In this document: piece by piece, positions 56,087 to 64,000 of the stretch | How the letters are laid out: each line of letters starts with the position of its first letter | How positions within the stretch are numbered: the stretch's first letter is position 1 | NCBI GenBank assembly: GCA_001779195.1 | Contig: MFJL01000026.1 | Location: forward strand, 3,226 to 67,225 | Direction of reading: 5' to 3' | Origin: Candidatus Gottesmanbacteria bacterium RIFCSPHIGHO2_02_FULL_39_11 | Lineage (GTDB): Bacteria; Patescibacteriota; Microgenomatia; 2-02-FULL-39-11 | Length of the DNA: 64,000 nt | Program-made: the position numbers and the translations under genes | Notes under the pieces: model-generated | Told to the model about the DNA's origin: nothing | The model's database searches: none | The model's input: the letters and a program-made list of their open reading frames with translations, nothing else

Positions 56087-57916
56087 TTATTTACCTTTCT
56101 TGTTTAACTGATAATAAAGTTCATTATACCCTCTTACATATGCATCCATGGATGCAACTATCATATCAGGAGATGTTCCTTTTGCAACAATTTCCGTACC
56201 GTCACTTGATACCAAAACCATAGTCACAACAACAGATGCGTTGCTTCCTGAGGTAGGAATCTCAACAAGAAAGTCTTTCAGACGAAAAGAGATGCCGTCA
56301 TATTTATTAATAATTGATTTAATTGCAGAAACCGCAGCATCCACGGGCCCGTCTCCGATACCGTTTGCTGTATATATTTTTCCGTTAAGTTTAACCGTCA
56401 CAAAAACAGACGCTTTTCTGTGTTTAGAATCAGAAAGAGTAAAGTCTTCCAAACTTAGATAATCATTGGGAGACTGATGCTGAAAAATGGTCTCAAGAAT
56501 TGTCTGCAAATCAGCTTTCCCCAGAGATTTTCCTTTCTCTTTTACAAAATGGTTTACCTGTTTTACAACTTTTTTTATGTCGTCTTGTGATAATTGTATG
56601 TCAAATTCATGGTGAATAATTTTCGAAATTTTTTTCTCATCAAAATTTTCATCCAGAAGCTTTTTCTCTTTTTCTGAAGTTTCTGATGTCTTCATGGAAA
56701 GCAAATTTTGGGAAAAAATCCGCTCTACTTCTTTAAGATCCGGTTCAATTGTCGGAGGTGCCGCCATAATTTTTAAAGTTGCCGCAGGGTCTTTAAGCCC
56801 TATACCGGTTGCCACACACACGACCGTATCATCTTTAGAGATAGTTTTAGTCTTTAGCAGTTTTGCCAAAGCAACAATGGTTGTTGCACTGCTGGGCTCG
56901 ATATACAAAGCCTGAGTTTGAGCAAGCATTTTTTGTGCGAGAAGTGCCTCTTCATCAGAGGCATCGGTAATGGTTCCGTGTGTGTTAACTAACGATTCAA
57001 TCACTTTCGGAGCATCAATTGGGAATCCGCATGCGATTGCTCCGCAGATAGTCTGAGGTTTTTGAACCGGCCGGACTTGGTATGAATTTTTATCAGGATA
57101 AATGGAATGACAACCGGAAGCTTGTACTCCGACAATTTTAGGCATTTTTTTAATAAGTCCAAGTCTATAGTACTCATATATTCCTTTATAAATTCCTGAA
57201 AGATGCGTACCCATGCCGATAGGAACTATAATCCAGTCTACATTTCCGCCAGGTACTTGATCCATGATTTCAAAGCCGGTTGATTTCTGACCTTCCTGTC
57301 TAAAAACATAATCTCCTGCAAGATAAAAATTGTATTTTTTGGCAACTTTTTCACACAGCTCGCTTGCTTCATTATAGGTGCTACTTACCTGAATCACCTT
57401 TGCACCATAGGAGAGTGTCTGAGCAAGTTTTCCTTTGGGAGTATTTTCAGGAATAAAGACATAGCAGGCAAGTCCCGCTTGTGCGGAAAATGCAGCAACA
57501 GATGCAGCCATATTGCCTGTTGAAGCCACACACACAGAAGTAAATCCAAGCTCTTTGGCTTTATTTATCTCGACAAAACTTCCCCGATCCTTAAACGCAC
57601 CTGTTGGATTAAGTCCCTCATGCTTAATATAGATATGATCGTTTTTAAGTTTTATTCCCAGTTTTTTTGCATGAATAAGGGGAGTTCCGCCTTCTTTAAG
57701 AGAAACTAAATTTTTCCTGGATTTAAACGGATAAAAATCCAGGTACTTCATAACCGTGGGCTTTGCATTTTCCAACAGATACGGATTCATTTTATTTTTA
57801 AGTTCCTCAAAATTATATTCAATAGTTAAAGCACCTCCGCAGGAAAGACACCGGGAGGTGGTCATTTTTTCATCCGTCTTTTTTTTACATGAGACACACT
57901 GCAGATAGTAATTCAT
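56087..57916 (-). CDS. Threonine-synthase-like PLP enzyme fused to a LeuA/CimA-type regulatory module
   Basis: N-terminal CxxC..CxxC, EGGTPL, NPTGAFKDRG, ASTGN, EGQKS, ATG.GLKD; C-terminal G.GDGPVDAA and GTSPDMIVAS. Confidence 0.85.
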   Translation of the reverse strand: MNYYLQCVSCKKKTDEKMTTSRCLSCGGALTIEYNFEELKNKMNPYLLENAKPTVMKYLDFYPFKSRKNLVSLKEGGTPLIHAKKLGIKLKNDHIYIKHEGLNPTGAFKDRGSFVEINKAKELGFTSVCVASTGNMAASVAAFSAQAGLACYVFIPENTPKGKLAQTLSYGAKVIQVSSTYNEASELCEKVAKKYNFYLAGDYVFRQEGQKSTGFEIMDQVPGGNVDWIIVPIGMGTHLSGIYKGIYEYYRLGLIKKMPKIVGVQASGCHSIYPDKNSYQVRPVQKPQTICGAIACGFPIDAPKVIESLVNTHGTITDASDEEALLAQKMLAQTQALYIEPSSATTIVALAKLLKTKTISKDDTVVCVATGIGLKDPAATLKIMAAPPTIEPDLKEVERIFSQNLLSMKTSETSEKEKKLLDENFDEKKISKIIHHEFDIQLSQDDIKKVVKQVNHFVKEKGKSLGKADLQTILETIFQHQSPNDYLSLEDFTLSDSKHRKASVFVTVKLNGKIYTANGIGDGPVDAAVSAIKSIINKYDGISFRLKDFLVEIPTSGSNASVVVTMVLVSSDGTEIVAKGTSPDMIVASMDAYVRGYNELYYQLNKKGK

Positions 57917-57926
57917 ATGTTTTCTC

Positions 57927-58046
57927 TGTCATTCCCGCGTTTACCCTGAAAAATTCGCTTTTTAGGGCAGGCGGGAATCCATCGATGGATCCCGGGTCTC
58001 GGAACAATTCTGTCGAATTTTCCGAGTAAACAAGCCCGGGATGACA
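57927..58046. repeat. GTCAT element with two TTTA-hairpin inserts (57940-57967 plus, 57998-58030 minus)
   Basis: Removing both inserts restores arms matching 43394-43494. Confidence 0.9.
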
Positions 58047-58050
58047 ATTA

Positions 58051-59103
58051 TTATTTTTTTAAATTTTCCGGTCTTAAGCTTCTAACCATTCTTCCTGCTC
58101 TCCAAATTTCAAGTTCTGACATCTCTTTTAATTCTTTATTTAATTTTTCTTTGTAATCTTTTGTTGCGTTTGCTTTAAGAACCCGTGCTGTTTCTTTCCC
58201 CTCTTTGACACTCTGATATAACTTTTTAAATACCGGCATCACCGCTTTTTTAAACTTCCCCTTCCAATCCAGTGCTCCCCGCTGAGCAGTTGTACTACAA
58301 TTTGCGTACATCCAATCCATTCCACTCTCTGCAACCATTCGGATAAGACTTTGTGTCAGTTCTTCAACCGTTTCGTTAAATGCTTCACTGGGAGTGTGTC
58401 CTTTTTTCCTAAGAGTCTCGTACTGAGCTTCCATAATTCCGGCAAGCGCTCCCATTAAGACTCCCCTCTCTCCGGTCAGATCGCTGTATACTTCATTTTT
58501 AAAATTGGTTTCAAATAAAAACCCCGATCCTATTGCAATTCCCATAGCCAATACTCTTTCTCTAGCACGGCCGGTTGCATCCTGAAAAACCGCAAAACTG
58601 CTGTTTATTCCGCTTCCGTCTAAAAAGTTAGTCCGAACCGATCTTCCAGCGCCTTTCGGAGCAACTAAAATTACATCAATATCTATGGGTGGAATAATTT
58701 TCGTTTGTTCCTTATAGGTAATTCCAAATCCGTGAGAAAAATACAAGGCTTTTCCCTTGGTTAAGTATTTTTTAACATCTGGCCATAACTGCATTTGTCC
58801 TGCATCGGATAACAAATATGCGATAATGGTGCCTTTTTCCAGCGCTTCTTCAATTGAAAATAAATTTTTCCCTTTTTTCCATCCGTCTTTTACGGCTTTA
58901 CCCCAGGAGGGAGATGGATACCTCTGTCCGATAATTACATGAATTCCGTTATCTCTCAAATTCATTGCCTGCGCAGGTCCTTGGACTCCATATCCGATTA
59001 TCGCAACGGTTTCACCTTTTAAGACTTCCTTTGCCTTTTTTAAAGGAAATTCTTCCCGGGTCATAACGGTTTCTAATTCATCTCCGAATTTTATTTTGGA
59101 CAT
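58051..59103 (-). CDS. ilvC: Ketol-acid reductoisomerase
   Basis: IGYGVQG, FSHGF, VAPKG, SDLTGERG.LMG, NCSTTA.RGA. Confidence 0.96.
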   Translation of the reverse strand: MSKIKFGDELETVMTREEFPLKKAKEVLKGETVAIIGYGVQGPAQAMNLRDNGIHVIIGQRYPSPSWGKAVKDGWKKGKNLFSIEEALEKGTIIAYLLSDAGQMQLWPDVKKYLTKGKALYFSHGFGITYKEQTKIIPPIDIDVILVAPKGAGRSVRTNFLDGSGINSSFAVFQDATGRARERVLAMGIAIGSGFLFETNFKNEVYSDLTGERGVLMGALAGIMEAQYETLRKKGHTPSEAFNETVEELTQSLIRMVAESGMDWMYANCSTTAQRGALDWKGKFKKAVMPVFKKLYQSVKEGKETARVLKANATKDYKEKLNKELKEMSELEIWRAGRMVRSLRPENLKK

Positions 59104-59112
59104 AAATTTTTG

Positions 59113-59260
59113 TAAGTGACCTAGAAGCAGTCTCGAAACCTTTACATCTCTGTCATGCTGAATTCATTTCAGCATCTTCAGAAGATTCCTGAACCGAATT
59201 CAGGACAGGCTCTGAAACAAGTTCAGGATGACGGTTTAGAGATGACTTCTAAGTCACTTA
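59113..59260. mobile_element. MITE-like element: ~28-bp imperfect terminal inverted repeats around a GTCAT palindrome
   Basis: TAAGTGACCTAGAAGCAGTCTCGAAACC ... GGTTTAGAGATGACTTCTAAGTCACTTA enclosing GTCATGCTGAA...TTCAGGATGAC. Confidence 0.6.
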
Positions 59261-59266
59261 AGTAAC

Positions 59267-59752
59267 TTACTTAAATAATGCCGTCCTTCCGGTTCTTACG
59301 AACTCCATCACTCCATATTTCTTCATATTTTTATAAAATCCTTGTATCTTTTCTTCGTTTCCGGTTATCTCAAGCATCATATATTCAGGCGTGACTTGAA
59401 TTACTTTTGCACGGAAGTGATCTGCAATTAAAGAAATTTCTCCCTTGCTTCCGGTTTTTGTAGTTGAAACTTTAATAAGTCCAAGCTCTCTGGCAACAAT
59501 ACTATCTTCTTCCGGTTCGTTTACCTTGATAACTTCGATGATCCGGTATAACTGCTTTGCCATTTTTTCGACCGTTTCCTTATCTCCTTCAACAACGATT
59601 GTAAATCGGGACATGTCAGGATCCTCAGTTGCCGATACCGTAAGAGAAGCGATGTTAAATCTTCTTTTTCGGATAAGTCCTGAGATCCGGTATAAAACAC
59701 CCGGTTTATTTTGAACGGTTACGATTAATGTAGAAAATTTATTTTGCTTCAT
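59267..59752 (-). CDS. ilvN: Acetolactate synthase small subunit
   Basis: NKPGVL.RI, RRFNI.SL, SRFTIV, REL.LIKV, RTG. Confidence 0.95.
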   Translation of the reverse strand: MKQNKFSTLIVTVQNKPGVLYRISGLIRKRRFNIASLTVSATEDPDMSRFTIVVEGDKETVEKMAKQLYRIIEVIKVNEPEEDSIVARELGLIKVSTTKTGSKGEISLIADHFRAKVIQVTPEYMMLEITGNEEKIQGFYKNMKKYGVMEFVRTGRTALFK

Positions 59753-59785
59753 AGTCTTAATTGTTCATTGTACATTGAACACTAT

Positions 59786-61471
59786 TCATTCAATTCTAAT
59801 TTCATCCACCGATGCTCCCTGCGGAATCATCGGGAAAATATTCTGCTCTTTTTCAACAACAAACTCAATAAGATAGGGTCCTTTATGCTTTCTCGCCCGT
59901 TTAATTGCGCCTTCTATATCTTTTCTTTCCGTCACTTTTTCTGATGGAATTCCGAATCCTTCTGATAATTTCATAAAGTCAGGATTTTTCAAAGATACGG
60001 ATGAATAATTTTTATCAAAAAATAACTGCTGCCATTGTCTTACCATTCCTAAAAAATTATTATTTAAAAGCATTATTTTTATATCCAGGTTTTCCTGAGC
60101 AATCGTTGCCATCTCCTGCATAGTCATTTGGAAAGATCCGTCTCCGACAATTGTCCATACTTCATCATTAGGCTTTGCAACTTTAACACCTATACTGGCG
60201 GGAAGTGCAAAACCCATGGTTCCCAACCCCCCGCTTGTGACAAAACTGTCATGTTTTTTATATTCATAATATCTGCAAGCAATCATCTGATGCTGTCCGA
60301 CATCAGCAACGATACGTGATTTTCCGTGGGTTATATCGGAAAGTTTTTTTACAATTTCACTCATTTTTAAGGGTCCTTTCCTAGGATAGATTTCAGGACG
60401 GATCACTTTTTCGTACTCCACTTTGTCATAATCTTTAAACATGTCAAACCATTCTTTTCTTCCTTTAGATTCTTTGATGAGGGGAAGCAAACTTTTCAGT
60501 ACTTCTTTTACGTCTCCGACAATAGGTACACTGACTTTTACATTCTTACCCAGTTCCGCAGGATCAATATCTACATGAATAATAGTTGCATGGGGCAAAT
60601 AATCATTTAGTCTTCCAGTTACCCGATCATCAAATCGCATCCCAAGGGCAATAACAACATCGGCTTTATTTACACATTTATTGGGGGCCAAATTCCCATG
60701 CATCCCAAGCCAGCCGATATAATTAGGATGGTCTCTTTTGATACAGCTGATTCCGTGAAGTGTGGTTCCAACCGGAATTGCGGCTTTTTCGGATAACTCT
60801 AAAAGTTCTTTTTCCGCATGAGAAATAAGTACACCGTGTCCGGCAAAGATATAGGGCTTACTGCTTTGGTTTATAAATTCAGCCGCCCGTTCTATCTGAT
60901 GCATGTTTCCTTTCACTGTAGGATTATACCCGGGTAAATTAATTTTTTCGGGATAGTTAAATTCTATTTTTTCAAATTGTGCGTCTTTTGTGATATCAAT
61001 TACAACCGGTCCGGGCCTTCCGGTTCCGGATATATGAAACGCTTCTTTAACTGACACGGCAATTTCAGATGCTTTCATTATCAGATAATTATGCTTAGTA
61101 ACCATCGCTGTAATTCCTACAACATCCGTTTCCTGAAAAGCATCTCCCCCAATCAGATGTGAATGAACCTGTCCGCTTATGGCAACAACGGGAACTGAAT
61201 CAAGTATCGCATCAGCAAGACCGGTAACAACATTGGTTGCTCCCGGTCCTGATGTCACCAGACACACGGCAGGTTTTCCGGTAGACCTAGCATATCCTTC
61301 AGCCGCATGGATTGCTCCCTGTTCATGACGAACCAAAATATGGCGAAGTTTTGGATAGCGGGTGAGCGCATCATAAACGGGCATAATCGCGCCTCCCGGA
61401 TATCCGAATATTACTTCAACTCCTTCTTTTAATAGTGATTCACAAAGTATTTCAGCGCCGGTTAGTTTCAT
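59786..61471 (-). CDS. ilvB: Acetolactate synthase large subunit
   Basis: [40 protein letters not shown]. Confidence 0.96.
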   Translation of the reverse strand: MKLTGAEILCESLLKEGVEVIFGYPGGAIMPVYDALTRYPKLRHILVRHEQGAIHAAEGYARSTGKPAVCLVTSGPGATNVVTGLADAILDSVPVVAISGQVHSHLIGGDAFQETDVVGITAMVTKHNYLIMKASEIAVSVKEAFHISGTGRPGPVVIDITKDAQFEKIEFNYPEKINLPGYNPTVKGNMHQIERAAEFINQSSKPYIFAGHGVLISHAEKELLELSEKAAIPVGTTLHGISCIKRDHPNYIGWLGMHGNLAPNKCVNKADVVIALGMRFDDRVTGRLNDYLPHATIIHVDIDPAELGKNVKVSVPIVGDVKEVLKSLLPLIKESKGRKEWFDMFKDYDKVEYEKVIRPEIYPRKGPLKMSEIVKKLSDITHGKSRIVADVGQHQMIACRYYEYKKHDSFVTSGGLGTMGFALPASIGVKVAKPNDEVWTIVGDGSFQMTMQEMATIAQENLDIKIMLLNNNFLGMVRQWQQLFFDKNYSSVSLKNPDFMKLSEGFGIPSEKVTERKDIEGAIKRARKHKGPYLIEFVVEKEQNIFPMIPQGASVDEIRIE

Positions 61472-63144
61472 ACAAGTATCGCCCCTTTTTCAGCACCCGT
61501 TACCAACTTTGCATACCTTGCTAACCATCCCTTAGAAACAGACAGTTTAAACGATTTTAAGTTTTTCTTTCTTTTTAAAATTTCTCTCTCTGAAACCAGT
61601 AGTGATATTTTCTTTTTTTCTGCATCTATTTCTATTTCATCCCCGTCTTTTACTAAAGAAATCGGACCGCCAACTGCAGCCTCCGGTGCAATATGTCCTA
61701 CAACATGCCCATGCGTTCCTCCCGAGAATCTTCCGTCTGTTATTAATGCTATATCTTCTCCTAATCCTTTTCCCATTACAGCGGAGGTGACCGATAACAT
61801 TTCTCTCATTCCGGGGCCGCCTTTGGGTCCTTCGTACCGGATGACAAGGACTGATCCTTTTTTTATTTTATTTTTCATAAGAGCATCCATGGCTTCTTCT
61901 TCGCTGTTAAAGACTTGGGAAGGACCCTTAAAATAGGAATATTTAAGTCCGGTAAGTTTAGTAATTGCTCCACGAGGGGCTAAGTTACCGTTAAGAATTG
62001 CCATTGGCGGATGAGTATACATTGGGTTATCAAAGGAAGAAATAACATCCTGCCCTTTTTTAAAGTCGGAAACAGCTTTTAAATTTTCTTTTATGGTTTT
62101 TCCGGTAACTGTCAAACACTCTCCGTGTAATAAACCCGCTTGTAATAACTGCTTCATAAGTGCTGGTACTCCTCCTACTTTATATAAATCAGCCATCACA
62201 TACTTCCCCGAAGGTTTAAGATTTCCCAGATAGGGGGTTTTTAATGCAACTCTTTGAAAGTCATCCAGTGTTAACTTGATATCTACTTCATGGGCCATGG
62301 CTAATAAATGTAACACTGCATTGGTTGATCCTCCGAGAGCCATCACAACAGTAATTGCATTTTCAAATGCTTTTTTTGTCATAATCATTTTTGGAGTAAT
62401 CTTTTTTTTAATCAGAGTAACAATCTGCTCGCCGGCTTTTTTACATTCCTCTTTTTTTTCAGGATATACTGCAGGAGTGGATGAAGATTGCGGTAAACTC
62501 ATACCCAAAGATTCAATTGCTGAGGACATTGTGTTGGCCGTATACATTCCTCCGCATGCACCCGGACCCGGACACGCGTTACACTCTATACATTTAAATT
62601 CATCTTTGGAAATTTTTCCCGCATTATATTTTCCTACAGCTTCAAAAATGGATACAATATCTACTTTCTTTCCATGACACTCCCCAGGAAGTATGGTTCC
62701 GCCGTAAACAAATATAGATGGAATATTAATTCTACCCATAGCCATGAGGCAACCGGGCTGATTTTTATCGCATCCGCCGATTGCGACAAGCCCATCGTAA
62801 TTTTGGGCTTTTGCAACAGTCTCAATTGAATCTGCAATAATTTCCCGCGAAGGCAGAGAATATTTCATCCCCCAGTGTCCCATTCCGATTCCGTCAGAGA
62901 CAGTTATGGTATTAAAAATCTGAGGAGCCCCGCCCCCTATTTTCACGCCTTGTTTAACTTCACGAGCGAGCACATCAATATGGCTGTTGCAGGGCGTAAC
63001 TTCAGCCCACGTTGACGCAACACCTATCATGGGTTTTTTAAAATCGAGATCTGTAAATCCAACAGCTCTAAGCATGGCACGATTCGGCGCCCTCTCATTC
63101 CCTTCCGTTGTCAGATAACTTCTGAATTTAAGATATGACTTCAT
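61468..63144 (-). CDS. ilvD: Dihydroxy-acid dehydratase
   Basis: [39 protein letters not shown]. Confidence 0.96.
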   Translation of the reverse strand: MKSYLKFRSYLTTEGNERAPNRAMLRAVGFTDLDFKKPMIGVASTWAEVTPCNSHIDVLAREVKQGVKIGGGAPQIFNTITVSDGIGMGHWGMKYSLPSREIIADSIETVAKAQNYDGLVAIGGCDKNQPGCLMAMGRINIPSIFVYGGTILPGECHGKKVDIVSIFEAVGKYNAGKISKDEFKCIECNACPGPGACGGMYTANTMSSAIESLGMSLPQSSSTPAVYPEKKEECKKAGEQIVTLIKKKITPKMIMTKKAFENAITVVMALGGSTNAVLHLLAMAHEVDIKLTLDDFQRVALKTPYLGNLKPSGKYVMADLYKVGGVPALMKQLLQAGLLHGECLTVTGKTIKENLKAVSDFKKGQDVISSFDNPMYTHPPMAILNGNLAPRGAITKLTGLKYSYFKGPSQVFNSEEEAMDALMKNKIKKGSVLVIRYEGPKGGPGMREMLSVTSAVMGKGLGEDIALITDGRFSGGTHGHVVGHIAPEAAVGGPISLVKDGDEIEIDAEKKKISLLVSEREILKRKKNLKSFKLSVSKGWLARYAKLVTGAEKGAILV

Positions 63145-63146
63145 AT

Positions 63147-63280
63147 AAATTCGAAATCCGAATATCGAAATCCGAAATAAATTCTAATTATTAAAATTCC
63201 AAATTTTCAAAATGTTTAGAATTTTCTTCTTTTAGAATTTCGATATTGTTTCGAATTTCGTATTTCATGCTTCGTATTTT
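63147..63280. repeat. Degenerate heptamer arrays in inverted arrangement
   Basis: AATTCGA AATCCGA ATATCGA AATCCGA ... TTCGAAT TTCGTAT TTCATGC TTCGTAT. Confidence 0.75.
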
Positions 63281-63295
63281 CTTACTATATAACGC

Positions 63296-63319
63296 AAAAA
63301 CCTCTCACTTGGAGAGGTT
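63296..63319 (-). terminator. ilv attenuator terminator
   Basis: Minus strand AACCTCTC-CAAGT-GAGAGGTT-TTT. Confidence 0.8.
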
Positions 63320-63345
63320 AATTCAATATTCTATTTGGAAGCTTT

Positions 63346-63423
63346 TCAGGTCCTCTCAACCTTTAGCCCCCATAGAGGGACAATAAGGTTAAGGACAATA
63401 ATTGAAAAGCTGCTATTTATCAT
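63346..63423 (-). CDS. ilv operon leader peptide, 25 aa (not in ORF track)
   Basis: MINSSFSIIVLNLIVPLWGLKVERT; promoter TTGACA-N18-TAGAAT at 63462-63433. Confidence 0.8.
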   Translation of the reverse strand: MINSSFSIIVLNLIVPLWGLKVERT

Positions 63424-63476
63424 AATTGTTAGATTCTATCAAAAGGAAGCTTCAAATGTCAAGAATTTCTCTTTTT

Positions 63477-64000
63477 TTAGTGAAGGATTCTTTTAAGTTC
63501 ATCCAGACGCGCAAGAAAATAATTAAGCCCTTCCCCCGGATGTGTTATACAGTAAACTGCTTTTTTACTGCAGTCGAGAACCATCTCAACCGGAACATTC
63601 GAGACCATTTCTATTCCGTTTATCACTATACTTACCTGAGTTTTAAAAGGCTTGCTACCTGATATATCTACAAACCACGGAGTTACCCGATATGAGTAGT
63701 CAGAAGGATAGTCGACTTTTATATTTTCAATTTCAGGGGACAGATTAACGGAGATACTAGCAACGGGCGTTGTTCTTCCGTATACATTTAAAGGCAAAAT
63801 AAAAAGCCGGATAGGATTTCTTCCCGCTATTGCTTTTTTATTATTCCAATAAAAAATAGATTTATAAGAATCAACTTCCAGGTTTGCTTTATCCGGTTGA
63901 AAAATAGGATTTAGTTCTTCCAAGTTTTGCAGGGAAGTTTGCGGAGTCAGGGTAATTTGGTCAGTATCTTTTAAAAGATTCAAAAGAGGTACAAAAATCT
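63477..64000 (-). CDS. Hypothetical protein, 5'-partial
   Basis: Frame is open to the window edge. Confidence 0.5.
   Translation of the reverse strand, partial: IFVPLLNLLKDTDQITLTPQTSLQNLEELNPIFQPDKANLEVDSYKSIFYWNNKKAIAGRNPIRLFILPLNVYGRTTPVASISVNLSPEIENIKVDYPSDYSYRVTPWFVDISGSKPFKTQVSIVINGIEMVSNVPVEMVLDCSKKAVYCITHPGEGLNYFLARLDELKRILH

Noticed and set aside
1-64000. Alternative genetic code (UGA recoding)
   Set aside because: Conserved genes are full length in code 11 and several end at TGA (proB, leuA, leuB).

Overview
AT-rich bacterial chromosome segment. Gene content and protein style suggest Patescibacteria/CPR, probably Microgenomates (inference only). From left to right: (1) a partial alpha/beta hydrolase and proB behind a compact T-box riboswitch; (2) a ~18.5 kb copper/redox cluster (two P1B ATPases, HMA-DsbD-cupredoxin protein, CDF transporter, BlaI/M56 pair, DsbA, multicopper oxidase, two-component system, ArsR-glutaredoxin-rhodanese) whose operators can be read from the DNA; (3) a variable stretch of small minus-strand genes (HD pseudogene, Phd/RelE, Nudix, two HEPN-type pairs, aldo-keto reductase) punctuated by a 28-bp direct repeat and ending at tRNA-Gln(CTG); (4) housekeeping genes (uppP, era, rdgB, gltX, dacA, aspS, aspC-like, archaeal-type ppcA, recJ, cca, secDF); (5) two convergent branched-chain amino acid operons, each with an unannotated leader-peptide attenuator. 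The ilv operon has no ilvA/cimA and instead carries a threonine-synthase-like enzyme fused to a LeuA/CimA-type regulatory module next to ridA, the best candidate for an undescribed system here. Intergenic DNA holds nested palindromic elements, including tiny TTTA-hairpin modules inserted into the loops of larger GTCAT...ATGAC repeats. All family assignments are by motif recognition; no searches were run.
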